NCBI GenBank assembly: GCA_964521515.1
Contig: CAZFRW010000002.1
Location: forward strand, 1-63,490
DNA from: an uncultured Thermococci archaeon
Lineage (GTDB): Archaea > Methanobacteriota_B > Thermococci > Methanofastidiosales > Methanofastidiosaceae
Direction: 5' to 3'
DNA: 63,490 nucleotides
The notes beneath the pieces are model-generated. The model was not told the origin of the DNA. It worked only from the letters and a program-made list of their open reading frames with translations, and did no database searches. The stretch's first letter is position 1. Each line of letters opens with the position of its first letter. This document shows positions 19,942 through 28,965 of the stretch, in pieces. The position numbers were made by a program, and so were the translations under genes.

Positions 19942-20601
19942 ATGCATAAAACATCCGAGATAGGTATTGAAAAAGATATCATAAAAGAGAATTCAATTAT
20001 AGCGAATGAGAATAGAGAGCTTCTAAAAAAATATGGAATTAAATCTTATAATGTCATGGGTGCAATAGGTTCTGGAAAAACTTCTCTAATAGAAATTGCT
20101 ATTGATTTCTTAGTAAAAAAAGGTAAAAAGGTTGGAGTTATTGCGGGAGATGTAGTTGCCGAGTATGATTCTAACAGATTTAGAAAACATGAATGTCTTG
20201 TAGTACCATTAAATACTGGGAAGGAGTGCCATCTAGATGCATACCTGATATCCCACGAGCTTGAAGAGTTAGAAGAAAGAGGGATTCTCCAAGATCTCGA
20301 TTATCTTATCATGGAAAACGTGGGAAATTTGATATGCCCCTCGGATTTTACTCTTGGTGAAGACAAAAGAATTGTTATTGTCAGTGTTAGTGAAGGAGAC
20401 GATATTGTATTGAAGCATCCAATAATATTCAGATTTTCTGATATATGTATAATCAATAAAATTGACATCGCTGAAGCTGTTGATGCAAGTCCAGAAAAAA
20501 TGGAAAGAGATTGTCTCTCTTTAAATCCTAAAATTAAAATTATTAAGACATCTGTAAAGAAGAATATAGGGATATCTGAATGGCTAAATATATTTGAATG
20601 A
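19942..20601 (+). CDS. hypB: Hydrogenase nickel-incorporation GTPase HypB
   Basis: P-loop GAIGSGKTSLIE, then GKECHLDAYLI, ENVGNLICPSDFTLGED and INKIDI. Confidence 0.85.
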   Translation: MHKTSEIGIEKDIIKENSIIANENRELLKKYGIKSYNVMGAIGSGKTSLIEIAIDFLVKKGKKVGVIAGDVVAEYDSNRFRKHECLVVPLNTGKECHLDAYLISHELEELEERGILQDLDYLIMENVGNLICPSDFTLGEDKRIVIVSVSEGDDIVLKHPIIFRFSDICIINKIDIAEAVDASPEKMERDCLSLNPKIKIIKTSVKKNIGISEWLNIFE

Positions 20602-20626
20602 ACTACATTTTTATGAAATTATATAA

Positions 20627-21466
20627 TTATTTATAATTTTTTAAAAATTTTCTCGTGTCTTCAGTGTCCATCCAACCTTCATCGAGTTGATTTATAATTT
20701 CATTAATTCTGTCAATTTGTGTGGATAAATTTTGTTTTATCTCTGTGTCGTTAATTTTAACTTGAGTAAAAGCCTTAAGTATTGCCAATGGATTTCTAAT
20801 GTGATCAATAAGGTGGGCAAAATTTTCAATATTATTTTCTATTTGAATTAGTGCCTTCTTTCTTTCTGTAATATCTCTAAATGCAGTTACTGCACCCATA
20901 ACTTCACCATTTTTTATAATAAACTTATTATTGGCTTCTACCATAATAATGCTACCGTCTTTATGTTTTAATTCTAGTTCTATTTTGTCCGCAGATTTAT
21001 TACTTATGCCTTGCCGGAACATTTTGGCTAAAGCCGGTATATACTTTACATCTATTACCCCAATGTCCATGAAACTTTTTCCCAGTAATTCTTCTTTCCT
21101 GTAACCTAATTTAGTTTCAACTCTTTTATTGATGTCTAGTATTTTTCCATATTTATCAACATAAATAATAATGTCACCAACGGTATCCAGTATAATCGTA
21201 TGCTTTCTTTCATTTTCAGTCATTATTTTTTGGGATGACTTTATTTTGTTAAATCCATGATTAACTAGGTAGAATATCACTAGAGAAGTGACAAATAAGA
21301 AGATAATTTCTTTAAAACTATGTAAAATGGCTAATGTTGAAATATCCTTTACAAATATTGCAAAAAATGAATCAAAAAAAAGAATCCACACAGTGCCTAT
21401 CACTAAATAAACAATAACAATAATAATTGGATTTACAAAAGAAATTTTTTCATCTATTTGATCCAT
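20627..21466 (-). CDS. Membrane-anchored PAS sensor with a HisKA-like H-box but no ATPase domain
   Basis: There are two N-terminal TM helices. The PAS core is ILDTVGDIIIYVDKYGKILDINKR..LGYRKEELLGKSFMD..FRDITERK. It is followed by FAHLIDHIRNPLAIL, and the protein ends ~60 aa later. Confidence 0.65.
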   Translation of the reverse strand: MDQIDEKISFVNPIIIVIVYLVIGTVWILFFDSFFAIFVKDISTLAILHSFKEIIFLFVTSLVIFYLVNHGFNKIKSSQKIMTENERKHTIILDTVGDIIIYVDKYGKILDINKRVETKLGYRKEELLGKSFMDIGVIDVKYIPALAKMFRQGISNKSADKIELELKHKDGSIIMVEANNKFIIKNGEVMGAVTAFRDITERKKALIQIENNIENFAHLIDHIRNPLAILKAFTQVKINDTEIKQNLSTQIDRINEIINQLDEGWMDTEDTRKFLKNYK

Positions 21467-21647
21467 AACAATACCCGTTATTATTAATATAGTGGACTAA
21501 TCTTAGAGATATACCTTATTTTATTAGTTTATTGGTAGATAAATAATCTATTAAAATATTGTATAAGCAGATTGTTTTGAGAGATATTTGATATATAATT
21601 ATGAAAAGAAGAATATTAAAAAAACTAAAATAGAATAATAACTAAAT

Positions 21648-22787
21648 TTAGGAATTATTCTTTTTAGCAAGGTTTTTCTTTAGTATTTTTGATATGCTTG
21701 AAATTGGAAGTTCATCATATCTTATCCAGGGATAATAATTTACATTTCCAGATATCTTAGACACAATAGGACCTGAATTTGAAACCCACTGATTGAATCT
21801 TGCGTCGAGTGAATGTTTATCATTATTTTGGATCTCATACTTCACGTTGTTGATTATTGTATTATTGTTTATTTTTATTCCTGAAGCCGAACTTGTATTT
21901 TTTATTCCAATTTGATTACCCTGAATTAAGTTGTTAGTTATGTTAATATTCTTAAGAATTTGTGAATCTATATCGATCAATATTCCAACGGTATTAAAGT
22001 TCTTAATAGAATTTCCATGGATATTGACTTCTTCCTGAGCTCTCTTGCCTACGCCTGAGATTATAATTCCATTATTTTCCGTTGTATTCGTTCCAGTGCT
22101 AGTAATCTGATTGTTAAGTATATTTGTGCTATTTCTATCTGTTAATATTGCATATAATATATTTCCTGTGAATATATTCTTCTGAACAGTTATAGGATTT
22201 AGACTGTAGTTTGAATCTGTGTGAGTTATATTGACTCCAATATATCCGCCAGCAGGGTTGCCCTGAAATATATTATCGTGTATATTGAGTCCCGATATAT
22301 CTCCCATTGATAAATTTGTATCACTGTAATTTTGGATAGCTGTACATTGTCCATTTCCAAATGAAATAAACTTATTGTTAAATATCTCAATATCAGTTCC
22401 TGTTAGAATTATTCCACCTGAGTAATTTGCATCCGGAACTTCAGGAGTTTCAATAATAAATCCATGTAGTTTAATCTTATTTGCGTTGATCCTGATATTT
22501 GCTACTGTAGAATTTGCATCTGAGAATAATTTTCCCTTTATCGTTACAGATTCCCCCGAAGCAGGCCTAATTTCAAGATTATTTGTCGTGACATTAAGGT
22601 CTTCAATATAAGATCCTGAATATACCTCAATTATATCTCCTGCTGAGGCATTCACAACTGCTGATTGTATAGATTTGTATTGCTTATCTACTCCAACTGA
22701 CAATGTTTCTGCGCTTATTGGATTTAAGATAGCTAGATACGATAGAAATATTATAGTGCTTATTATTACCGCATTAATTTTTTTCAT
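21648..22787 (-). CDS. Secreted right-handed parallel beta-helix repeat protein (NosD/pectin-lyase-fold like)
   Basis: Signal peptide, then repeated ~22-aa N/I/G-rich turns (NNKFISFGNG, IHDNIFQGN, VQKNIFTGN, ILNNQITS, IHGNSIKN, ITNNLIQGN, INNNTIINN). Confidence 0.6.
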   Translation of the reverse strand: MKKINAVIISTIIFLSYLAILNPISAETLSVGVDKQYKSIQSAVVNASAGDIIEVYSGSYIEDLNVTTNNLEIRPASGESVTIKGKLFSDANSTVANIRINANKIKLHGFIIETPEVPDANYSGGIILTGTDIEIFNNKFISFGNGQCTAIQNYSDTNLSMGDISGLNIHDNIFQGNPAGGYIGVNITHTDSNYSLNPITVQKNIFTGNILYAILTDRNSTNILNNQITSTGTNTTENNGIIISGVGKRAQEEVNIHGNSIKNFNTVGILIDIDSQILKNINITNNLIQGNQIGIKNTSSASGIKINNNTIINNVKYEIQNNDKHSLDARFNQWVSNSGPIVSKISGNVNYYPWIRYDELPISSISKILKKNLAKKNNS

Positions 22788-22905
22788 TGTACCACCTCAT
22801 TGTAAGTCATTGACTAACGATAAGGGGTCAATAATGATATATAAATATATCCAATATTGATTAGCAATAATTAAAGATTAGATATTTAATATTACAAATA
22901 AAAAA

Positions 22906-24684
22906 TTACCTAGATATGGCCTCTACAGGACATATATAAGCGCATAGACCACATCCAGTACATACTGTTGGATTAACATATGAATGGCCATCTTTAAATT
23001 CTAAGGCTGGACACCCCGATAGCTTTATGCATGCTTTGCAAGATCTACACTTAGATACGTCTACTTTATAAACAGGTTTCTTTTCCAAACCTTTTAGAAG
23101 AACGCATGGCCCCCTAGAAACTATTGCATATACTGTTTCACTTTCTAGCCCTCTTTTAAGAGCTTCTTCGATGTTTTTTACATTACTTGCATCCACAACT
23201 TCAACTGGTATGCCCATTCCAGAAATAAGCTTCTCTATTGAAACAGATCCAGCAGGGTCTCCCATAGCAGTTAATTGTGTCCCTGGATGCGGCTGGTGCC
23301 CAGTCATTGCAGTAGTTAAATTATCAAGAATCACAGCAACTATTTTAGAATTATTGTATTTCGCGTTGATTAAAGGAGGTATTCCTGCATGAAAAAATGT
23401 AGAATCTCCAAGTGTTGCTACTATTGGTTCTCCTATTGATTTTGCAAGTCCACATGCTATTCCAAAACTTGAGCCCATTGAAATACATGTATCCACAGTC
23501 TGTAGGGGCCTTGAGAATCCAAGTGTGTAACAACCTATATCCGAGGGGAATATTGCTTTACCTCTTGTGATCTTCTTTATAGCATAAAAAGTTGATCTGT
23601 GTGGGCAGCCAGCACATAATAACGGAGCCCTATTAGGTATACGGACGTTTTTAGGTTGTTCTTTAGACATCTCAATTCTAAAAAATCTTGAGAGTATTTC
23701 AGTTACTAAATCAGTAGAAAATTCACCAGTTCTTGGAAAAATATTTTTCCCATAAACTTTTAGATTTAACTGATTTTCGGCTATTATGATCTTCACATCA
23801 TTTTCTATTACTGGCTCAAGTTCTTCAATTATAACGACTTTTTCTAAATCTTTAATAAATGAAAAGACTTTATTTTTTGCCAAAGGATATGAAACACCAA
23901 TTTTTAATATTGGAGGTTTAATATCTAAAATTTTAAGAGACTCCATTAAATAATTAAAAGATGCCCCAATTACAATAATGCCGGTCTTCCCTTCTCCGGA
24001 GATAAGATAATTAAGATTAGATTCTTCAATATAATCTCTTATCTTTTCCATTTTATCTAATAGTTTTTTATGCATGACTCTTGCATGCGAAGGAACGCTA
24101 ACATATCTATTAACATCTTTCGAGAATTTTCCTTCTTTTTTCTGAATATTTATTTCGCCTAACTCAACATCTCCTCTTCCATGGCAGACTCTAGTTGTTG
24201 GCCTTAAGATTACAGGAACAGAAAACATTTCAGATAAGCCATATGCAAATATTGTCATATCTCTAGATTCTTGAGGAGATGATGGGTCCAAGCAAGGCAC
24301 ATTTGCAAATCTAGCAAATATTCTATTGTCCTGTTCATTTTGAGAAGAGTGACAATCTGGCTCGTCTGCAGAAACAAGTACAAATCCTCCGTCAACTCCA
24401 GTATAGGCCAAGGTCATTAAAGAATCTGAGGCTACGTTTACTCCGACATGTTTCATTGTAACAAGAGCCCTTTTTCCTGCCCACGATGCTCCAATCCCCA
24501 CCTCAAGGGCAACTTTTTCATTAGTAGAAAATTCAACATAAACACCATACTGCTTGGCAAATCGTGCCGCAGTTTCAGGGATTTCTGTGGAGGGGGTACC
24601 GGGGTAAGCTGCAACAACTTCAACTCCGGCCTCAAAAGCACCTAGGGCAATGGCTTCATTACCCATCAGAAGTTCTCTTTTCAT
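22906..24684 (-). CDS. iorA: Indolepyruvate:ferredoxin oxidoreductase alpha subunit
   Basis: 592 aa. LLMGNEAIALGAFEAGV..AAYPGTPSTEI, a ThDP region GDSTFFHAGIPPLINA, and a C-terminal 2x[4Fe-4S] ferredoxin motif (CRSCKACI..CP; CTGCGLCAYICP). Confidence 0.85.
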   Translation of the reverse strand: MKRELLMGNEAIALGAFEAGVEVVAAYPGTPSTEIPETAARFAKQYGVYVEFSTNEKVALEVGIGASWAGKRALVTMKHVGVNVASDSLMTLAYTGVDGGFVLVSADEPDCHSSQNEQDNRIFARFANVPCLDPSSPQESRDMTIFAYGLSEMFSVPVILRPTTRVCHGRGDVELGEINIQKKEGKFSKDVNRYVSVPSHARVMHKKLLDKMEKIRDYIEESNLNYLISGEGKTGIIVIGASFNYLMESLKILDIKPPILKIGVSYPLAKNKVFSFIKDLEKVVIIEELEPVIENDVKIIIAENQLNLKVYGKNIFPRTGEFSTDLVTEILSRFFRIEMSKEQPKNVRIPNRAPLLCAGCPHRSTFYAIKKITRGKAIFPSDIGCYTLGFSRPLQTVDTCISMGSSFGIACGLAKSIGEPIVATLGDSTFFHAGIPPLINAKYNNSKIVAVILDNLTTAMTGHQPHPGTQLTAMGDPAGSVSIEKLISGMGIPVEVVDASNVKNIEEALKRGLESETVYAIVSRGPCVLLKGLEKKPVYKVDVSKCRSCKACIKLSGCPALEFKDGHSYVNPTVCTGCGLCAYICPVEAISR

Positions 24685-24858
24685 GATTTATCAAGCATAT
24701 AATGTTTTAAAAAACTTATTCTTGCAAAATATAATTAAAGAAAGAAATTTAACTTATCAGGTCAATTTTAACTATTCTATCTTTATATTTATGCCCTTAA
24801 TTAATCTATTTAAATAAATATATTATTTTTTATTTCCGCAATAATTAAATACAATGAA

Positions 24859-25803
24859 ATGCATAAATTATACATGAGTTCTTATCTAATCCAAAATAAA
24901 ATAATCAATATCCTAAAGTTGGGCCGATTCTTTTTTGTTATGGGGGGCTTCTTCCTTTTTTCAGTTGGGGCTTTGTTTGCAGTTTTGACTGGGGCAGAAC
25001 TAGAAATAAATAAATTATTGATTGGATATTTGATACTTTTTTTGGGCCATTTGTCAGTTTCATATAGCAATGACTATTTTGACTTTGAAGCAGACAAATT
25101 AGGCGAAAAAACAAATGTTAGTGGTGGTAGTGGCATATTGCAGATTGATCCATCCCTAAGAAAAATTTCTAAATGGATAGCAATATCCTTAATACTAATT
25201 TCAATTATCCTTGGATTCTTTTTCACAATAAAATACAACTATCCTTGGGTATTCATGGGTTATGTTATTTTTGGGAATCTTCTTGGTTGGTTCTACACTG
25301 CTCCGCCTATAAGATTATCATACAGAGGCTTGGGAGAAATATCTACAATGCTTGCCATAGGCTTTGTAGTTCCTGGGATGGGCTATTACGTAATGAAAGG
25401 TCTCATTGATACTAACTACTTACTATTCACTATTCCACTTCTAATGTACGGAATTTATTTTATTTTGAGCGTAGAGATACCAGATATGGAAACGGACACC
25501 CTAAGTGGAAAGAAAAGTTTTGTGACAAAAAATGGAAGAAAGTTAAGTCTAAAAATGATATTTCTAGCAGCTTTATTTGCAACTGCAATGTATATAGTAT
25601 TTCAAATAACAAATCTTTTTGAATTAAATGTAAATTTCTTTATAGTATCTGTTCTTTCATTAATCCCTCTTTTATTTAGCACATTAGCATTAAACAAAGA
25701 TTCTAGAGCAAAATCTGTTAAAATAGCCTTCATCAACTTAAACGCATTGATACTTTTTGCATTTTTGACAAATATCTATTTCTTAATAATAACTTTGGGG
25801 TAA
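24859..25803 (+). CDS. UbiA-family prenyltransferase (MenA-like)
   Basis: About 8-9 TM helices. Asp-rich motifs SNDYFDFEADK and VEIPDMETD are present. The start is uncertain (several in-frame Met). Confidence 0.7.
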   Translation: MHKLYMSSYLIQNKIINILKLGRFFFVMGGFFLFSVGALFAVLTGAELEINKLLIGYLILFLGHLSVSYSNDYFDFEADKLGEKTNVSGGSGILQIDPSLRKISKWIAISLILISIILGFFFTIKYNYPWVFMGYVIFGNLLGWFYTAPPIRLSYRGLGEISTMLAIGFVVPGMGYYVMKGLIDTNYLLFTIPLLMYGIYFILSVEIPDMETDTLSGKKSFVTKNGRKLSLKMIFLAALFATAMYIVFQITNLFELNVNFFIVSVLSLIPLLFSTLALNKDSRAKSVKIAFINLNALILFAFLTNIYFLIITLG

Positions 25804-25844
25804 TCAATTAACTTGAGAAAATATATTAAGTTAAAAAAATAAAA

Positions 25845-26240
25845 TTAATTAACCTTAATTTCCTTTGAGGATTCCCATAGCCCATGAATATTACAAAGAG
25901 AAACTGCAAATAGTGTTCCAGACTTTGCTATTTTTAGAGATGTTTTTACTTCGTGATTTGTGTAAACTGGTCCAGTGTTTGGCCCTTGTGTACTTTCTCC
26001 GTGTGCAGTAAATTCATAGTTTCCGACTTGATATAGAGCTTTTTCACCTTCCGGTTGATAGTAAAGCATTATCCATCTGATATGGTGTTCAGTTGTATTT
26101 GGGTGGGCTATATCTTTACCGATTGCAACTTTTGCTTCAAATGCTTCATTTGCTTTTACAGAATCGGGACAGTCTATAACTGGTACGTGTTTTTCCTTTT
26201 TCCAATCCGCTTCTTGAATTTTATCTCCAATTTTAACCAT
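25845..26240 (-). CDS. sor: Superoxide reductase, 1Fe (neelaredoxin) type
   Basis: MVKIGDKIQEADWKKEKHVPVI..HPNTTEHHIRWI..EFTAHGES..GPNTGPVY..CNIHGLWES closely follows the Pyrococcus-type SOR pattern, including the His/Cys iron ligands. The ORF track extends it to a GTG at 26249; the ATG at 26240 with AGGTG upstream is preferred. Confidence 0.85.
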   Translation of the reverse strand: MVKIGDKIQEADWKKEKHVPVIDCPDSVKANEAFEAKVAIGKDIAHPNTTEHHIRWIMLYYQPEGEKALYQVGNYEFTAHGESTQGPNTGPVYTNHEVKTSLKIAKSGTLFAVSLCNIHGLWESSKEIKVN

Positions 26241-26249
26241 TTCTAACAC

Positions 26250-26375
26250 CTACTCCTGTAAAACCATTGGTTCCCCACAGCAGATTAGTTCTCCGCCACC
26301 GGCTTCCAATACCTCAACTATATTCCCACAAATTTCACATTTGTAGATTTCTCCAACTTCTTTTACCTGTACCAT
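26250..26375 (-). CDS. Desulforedoxin (Dx) mini-protein, 41 aa
   Basis: Below the ORF-track cutoff. [41 protein letters not shown] has the Dx C-x2-C ... CC iron site. A strong AGGAGGTAA lies 5 nt upstream of the ATG. Confidence 0.75.
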   Translation of the reverse strand: MVQVKEVGEIYKCEICGNIVEVLEAGGGELICCGEPMVLQE

Positions 26376-26400
26376 TTTTTTTACCTCCTAATTTAATATA

Positions 26401-28803
26401 TTAATGATTATTATTTTTTCCTTTTTCATCTGGAGAGTTTTCCATCTTCTCAGCCATGCTCCTAAGACGTTTGTCAACCATACCATATATTGTATTTTCC
26501 GGATACTTGCCATCAGTTCCTTTTTCTCCAGCTTTGACTCCAGTTAATATTTCAATTCCTTGTTTGACATTTTCAACAGAATATATATGGAATTTCCCTT
26601 TTCTAATTGCTTCAACAATTTCTTCTTTAAGCATTAAATTCTGAACATTACTTCTTGGGATTAAGACACCTTGTTTTTCATTAAGTCCCTTTTCCTTGCA
26701 TATTTCATAGAATCCTTCAATCTTATAATTAACTCCTCCAATTGCTTGTACATCACCTTTCTGGTTAACGGAACCTGTAACTGCAAGATATTGTTTTATT
26801 GGAACTCCGGAAAGAGCGGATAGTATAGAATAAAGCTCAGTGCTTGATGCACTATCCCCATCGACACCTTCGTAGTTTTGTTCAAATACAAGTCTAGCAG
26901 TGAGATTCAATGGCTTGTCTTGGGCAAAATTTTCTGCTAAATATCCACCTAATATCATTACACCTTTTGAGTGAATATTTCCCCCCATCTTAGCTTCTCG
27001 TTCAATATCGATAATTCCTCCGCGGCCGATATTAACAGTCGCAGTGACTTTTGATGGACGACCAAAAGCATAGTCTCCTAGGCTCAGAACTGCAAGCCCA
27101 TTTATTTGCCCAACTGCTTCCCCTTCTGTATCAATTAGATAAAAGCCCCGTTTTACCATTTCGTTTACTCTTTCTTGCATAAGATTTGAACGATAATTTT
27201 TCTCCTCGACTGCTTTTATTATATGAACATCTTTTATTATTTTATTTTCTTCCTGTCTTGCATAAAAGTTAGCTTCTCGTATAATGTCCGCTATATCTGC
27301 AAATCTAGTAGATAACTTCTCTTGATCCTCAGCCAACCTTGCACCAAACTCTATGACTTTGCCTATTGCAGAAGAATCAAGATGTAACAGATTCTCTTTT
27401 GAACACAAGGAACATATGAATGAAACATAATTTTTTACATTTTCTTCATTGAAATCCATATTAATATCGAATTCTGCCTTGACTTTAAACAGCTCTTTAA
27501 ATTCCGGATCAAGTGAAAAAAGAGTTTGGTAGATCATTGGGTTCCCAACAATCACGACTTTGGTGTTTAATGGGATGGGGGCTGGTCTCAATCCTTTTGT
27601 TGTTATAAAACCAAGTCTTTCCCCGGCCTCTTCCACAACTGCTTCTTCGCTACTTAAGGCTCGTTTTAAACCATCGTATGAAAAAAGATTCTTTACTAGC
27701 TCTTCTGCAGGTATCACAAGATACCCACCATTGGCCTTATGGATAGATCCCCCTCGTATCATGGTGAAATCTGTAGTAAGCATTCCAAACTGTGCTTCCT
27801 TCTCAATCCTACCAAAAAGATTCTGATATGTTGGATTTAATTCAACTACAACTGGCCTCCCTTTGATGGCATAGTTATCAGTGAACAGATTGACCATATA
27901 TTTCCTAAAGGGTAATTCCTCTGCCCATGGGGCTTGGACTGGGCCCTGTTGAACATTTGGCTTATAGAATAGGGGTATATTTTCTAAAATATCTTCTTGT
28001 ACCTCTTTCAAATAACGAATAATTTCAGGATATTCTAAATATTTTTTATTTAAATCTTCTAACAAATGGCCTATTGTGAAAAGAGCTACTTCCATATTTA
28101 ATTCTTTTATTTGTTCAAATGTTTTAGTGTCCAGTTCTTTTAGTTGCCTAAAAATTAATCTTAATTCTGAGTTTAACTTATCTCTTTTTTTTTGTATATC
28201 GTCTTTCATTTCTGGACTTAAAGCTATAAATTCTTCTTCAGTCATTGGTCTCCCACTAACAATAGGGACAAAAATAAATCCCATTGGGGTGGTCTGAACA
28301 ATTAGTCCTTCTTTCTCTGCTTTTCTATTTAATTCAGAAAATATTTTATTTCGCTCAGCTTCAATTATTTGGATAGTACCTTCTCTCTTTAAAGCAAAGT
28401 CTTCACTTTCAAAGGCTTTGGGGAGATTGATTTTAGTTTCATTTAGAAAATTCAACATATCTTTCTGAAAAGCTCTCCCTTGACCTGGTTTTAAACTAAT
28501 GACTTTTGGCTCGTAAGGTTCCTGAAAATTATTGACATAACACCAATCTAGAGGTGCAGTTTGGTCTTCAGCAAGCCTATCTAAGAAGCTCTTTACTGCC
28601 GTCATTTTACCAGTTCCGGGGAACCCCGCAACAAAAATGTTAAAACCTTTCTCTTTGATCTCAAGACCAAATTTTAGGGCTTTTAATGCTCTTTCCTGAC
28701 CAACTATATCTTCTAACGGTGAAACTTCTTGACTACTCTTACATTTTAATTTATTCTTATCAAATGTTCTTCTTACCATATCGGGGGAAAGTTCTTTTGT
28801 CAT
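26401..28803 (-). CDS. Lon-like ATP-dependent protease (COG1067/LonC-like: AAA+ module with long insertion + Lon S16 protease domain)
   Basis: 800 aa. IVGQERALKALKFGL..NIFVAGFPGTGKMT is the Walker A region. The C-terminal Lon protease domain includes GDSASSTELYSILSALSGVPI and VTGSVNQKGDVQAIGGVNYKIEGF. Confidence 0.8.
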   Translation of the reverse strand: MTKELSPDMVRRTFDKNKLKCKSSQEVSPLEDIVGQERALKALKFGLEIKEKGFNIFVAGFPGTGKMTAVKSFLDRLAEDQTAPLDWCYVNNFQEPYEPKVISLKPGQGRAFQKDMLNFLNETKINLPKAFESEDFALKREGTIQIIEAERNKIFSELNRKAEKEGLIVQTTPMGFIFVPIVSGRPMTEEEFIALSPEMKDDIQKKRDKLNSELRLIFRQLKELDTKTFEQIKELNMEVALFTIGHLLEDLNKKYLEYPEIIRYLKEVQEDILENIPLFYKPNVQQGPVQAPWAEELPFRKYMVNLFTDNYAIKGRPVVVELNPTYQNLFGRIEKEAQFGMLTTDFTMIRGGSIHKANGGYLVIPAEELVKNLFSYDGLKRALSSEEAVVEEAGERLGFITTKGLRPAPIPLNTKVVIVGNPMIYQTLFSLDPEFKELFKVKAEFDINMDFNEENVKNYVSFICSLCSKENLLHLDSSAIGKVIEFGARLAEDQEKLSTRFADIADIIREANFYARQEENKIIKDVHIIKAVEEKNYRSNLMQERVNEMVKRGFYLIDTEGEAVGQINGLAVLSLGDYAFGRPSKVTATVNIGRGGIIDIEREAKMGGNIHSKGVMILGGYLAENFAQDKPLNLTARLVFEQNYEGVDGDSASSTELYSILSALSGVPIKQYLAVTGSVNQKGDVQAIGGVNYKIEGFYEICKEKGLNEKQGVLIPRSNVQNLMLKEEIVEAIRKGKFHIYSVENVKQGIEILTGVKAGEKGTDGKYPENTIYGMVDKRLRSMAEKMENSPDEKGKNNNH

Positions 28804-28965
28804 AAAATCACTTAAAATTATTAATACATTGTATTATTTTTAGTTCTAAAAAGGTTTTCTATTTAAATAAAAGAGATTTTTTAAATAATCTAATTTATTA
28901 AAAGTTTTGTTTCTATTTATATAAGAAAAATAAAATAAGATTCTATATTAATTGTTCCAATAAAA

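Noticed and set aside
26250-26252. The in-frame TAG between desulforedoxin and SOR, considered as a pyrrolysine or programmed read-through codon.
   Set aside because: TAG is used as an ordinary stop elsewhere in the window, for example at 1668..1670 and 53178..53180. The SOR part has its own ATG with an SD-like AGGTG and aligns from its first residues with stand-alone 1Fe SORs. No pyl genes are visible. It is kept only as a split-gene observation.
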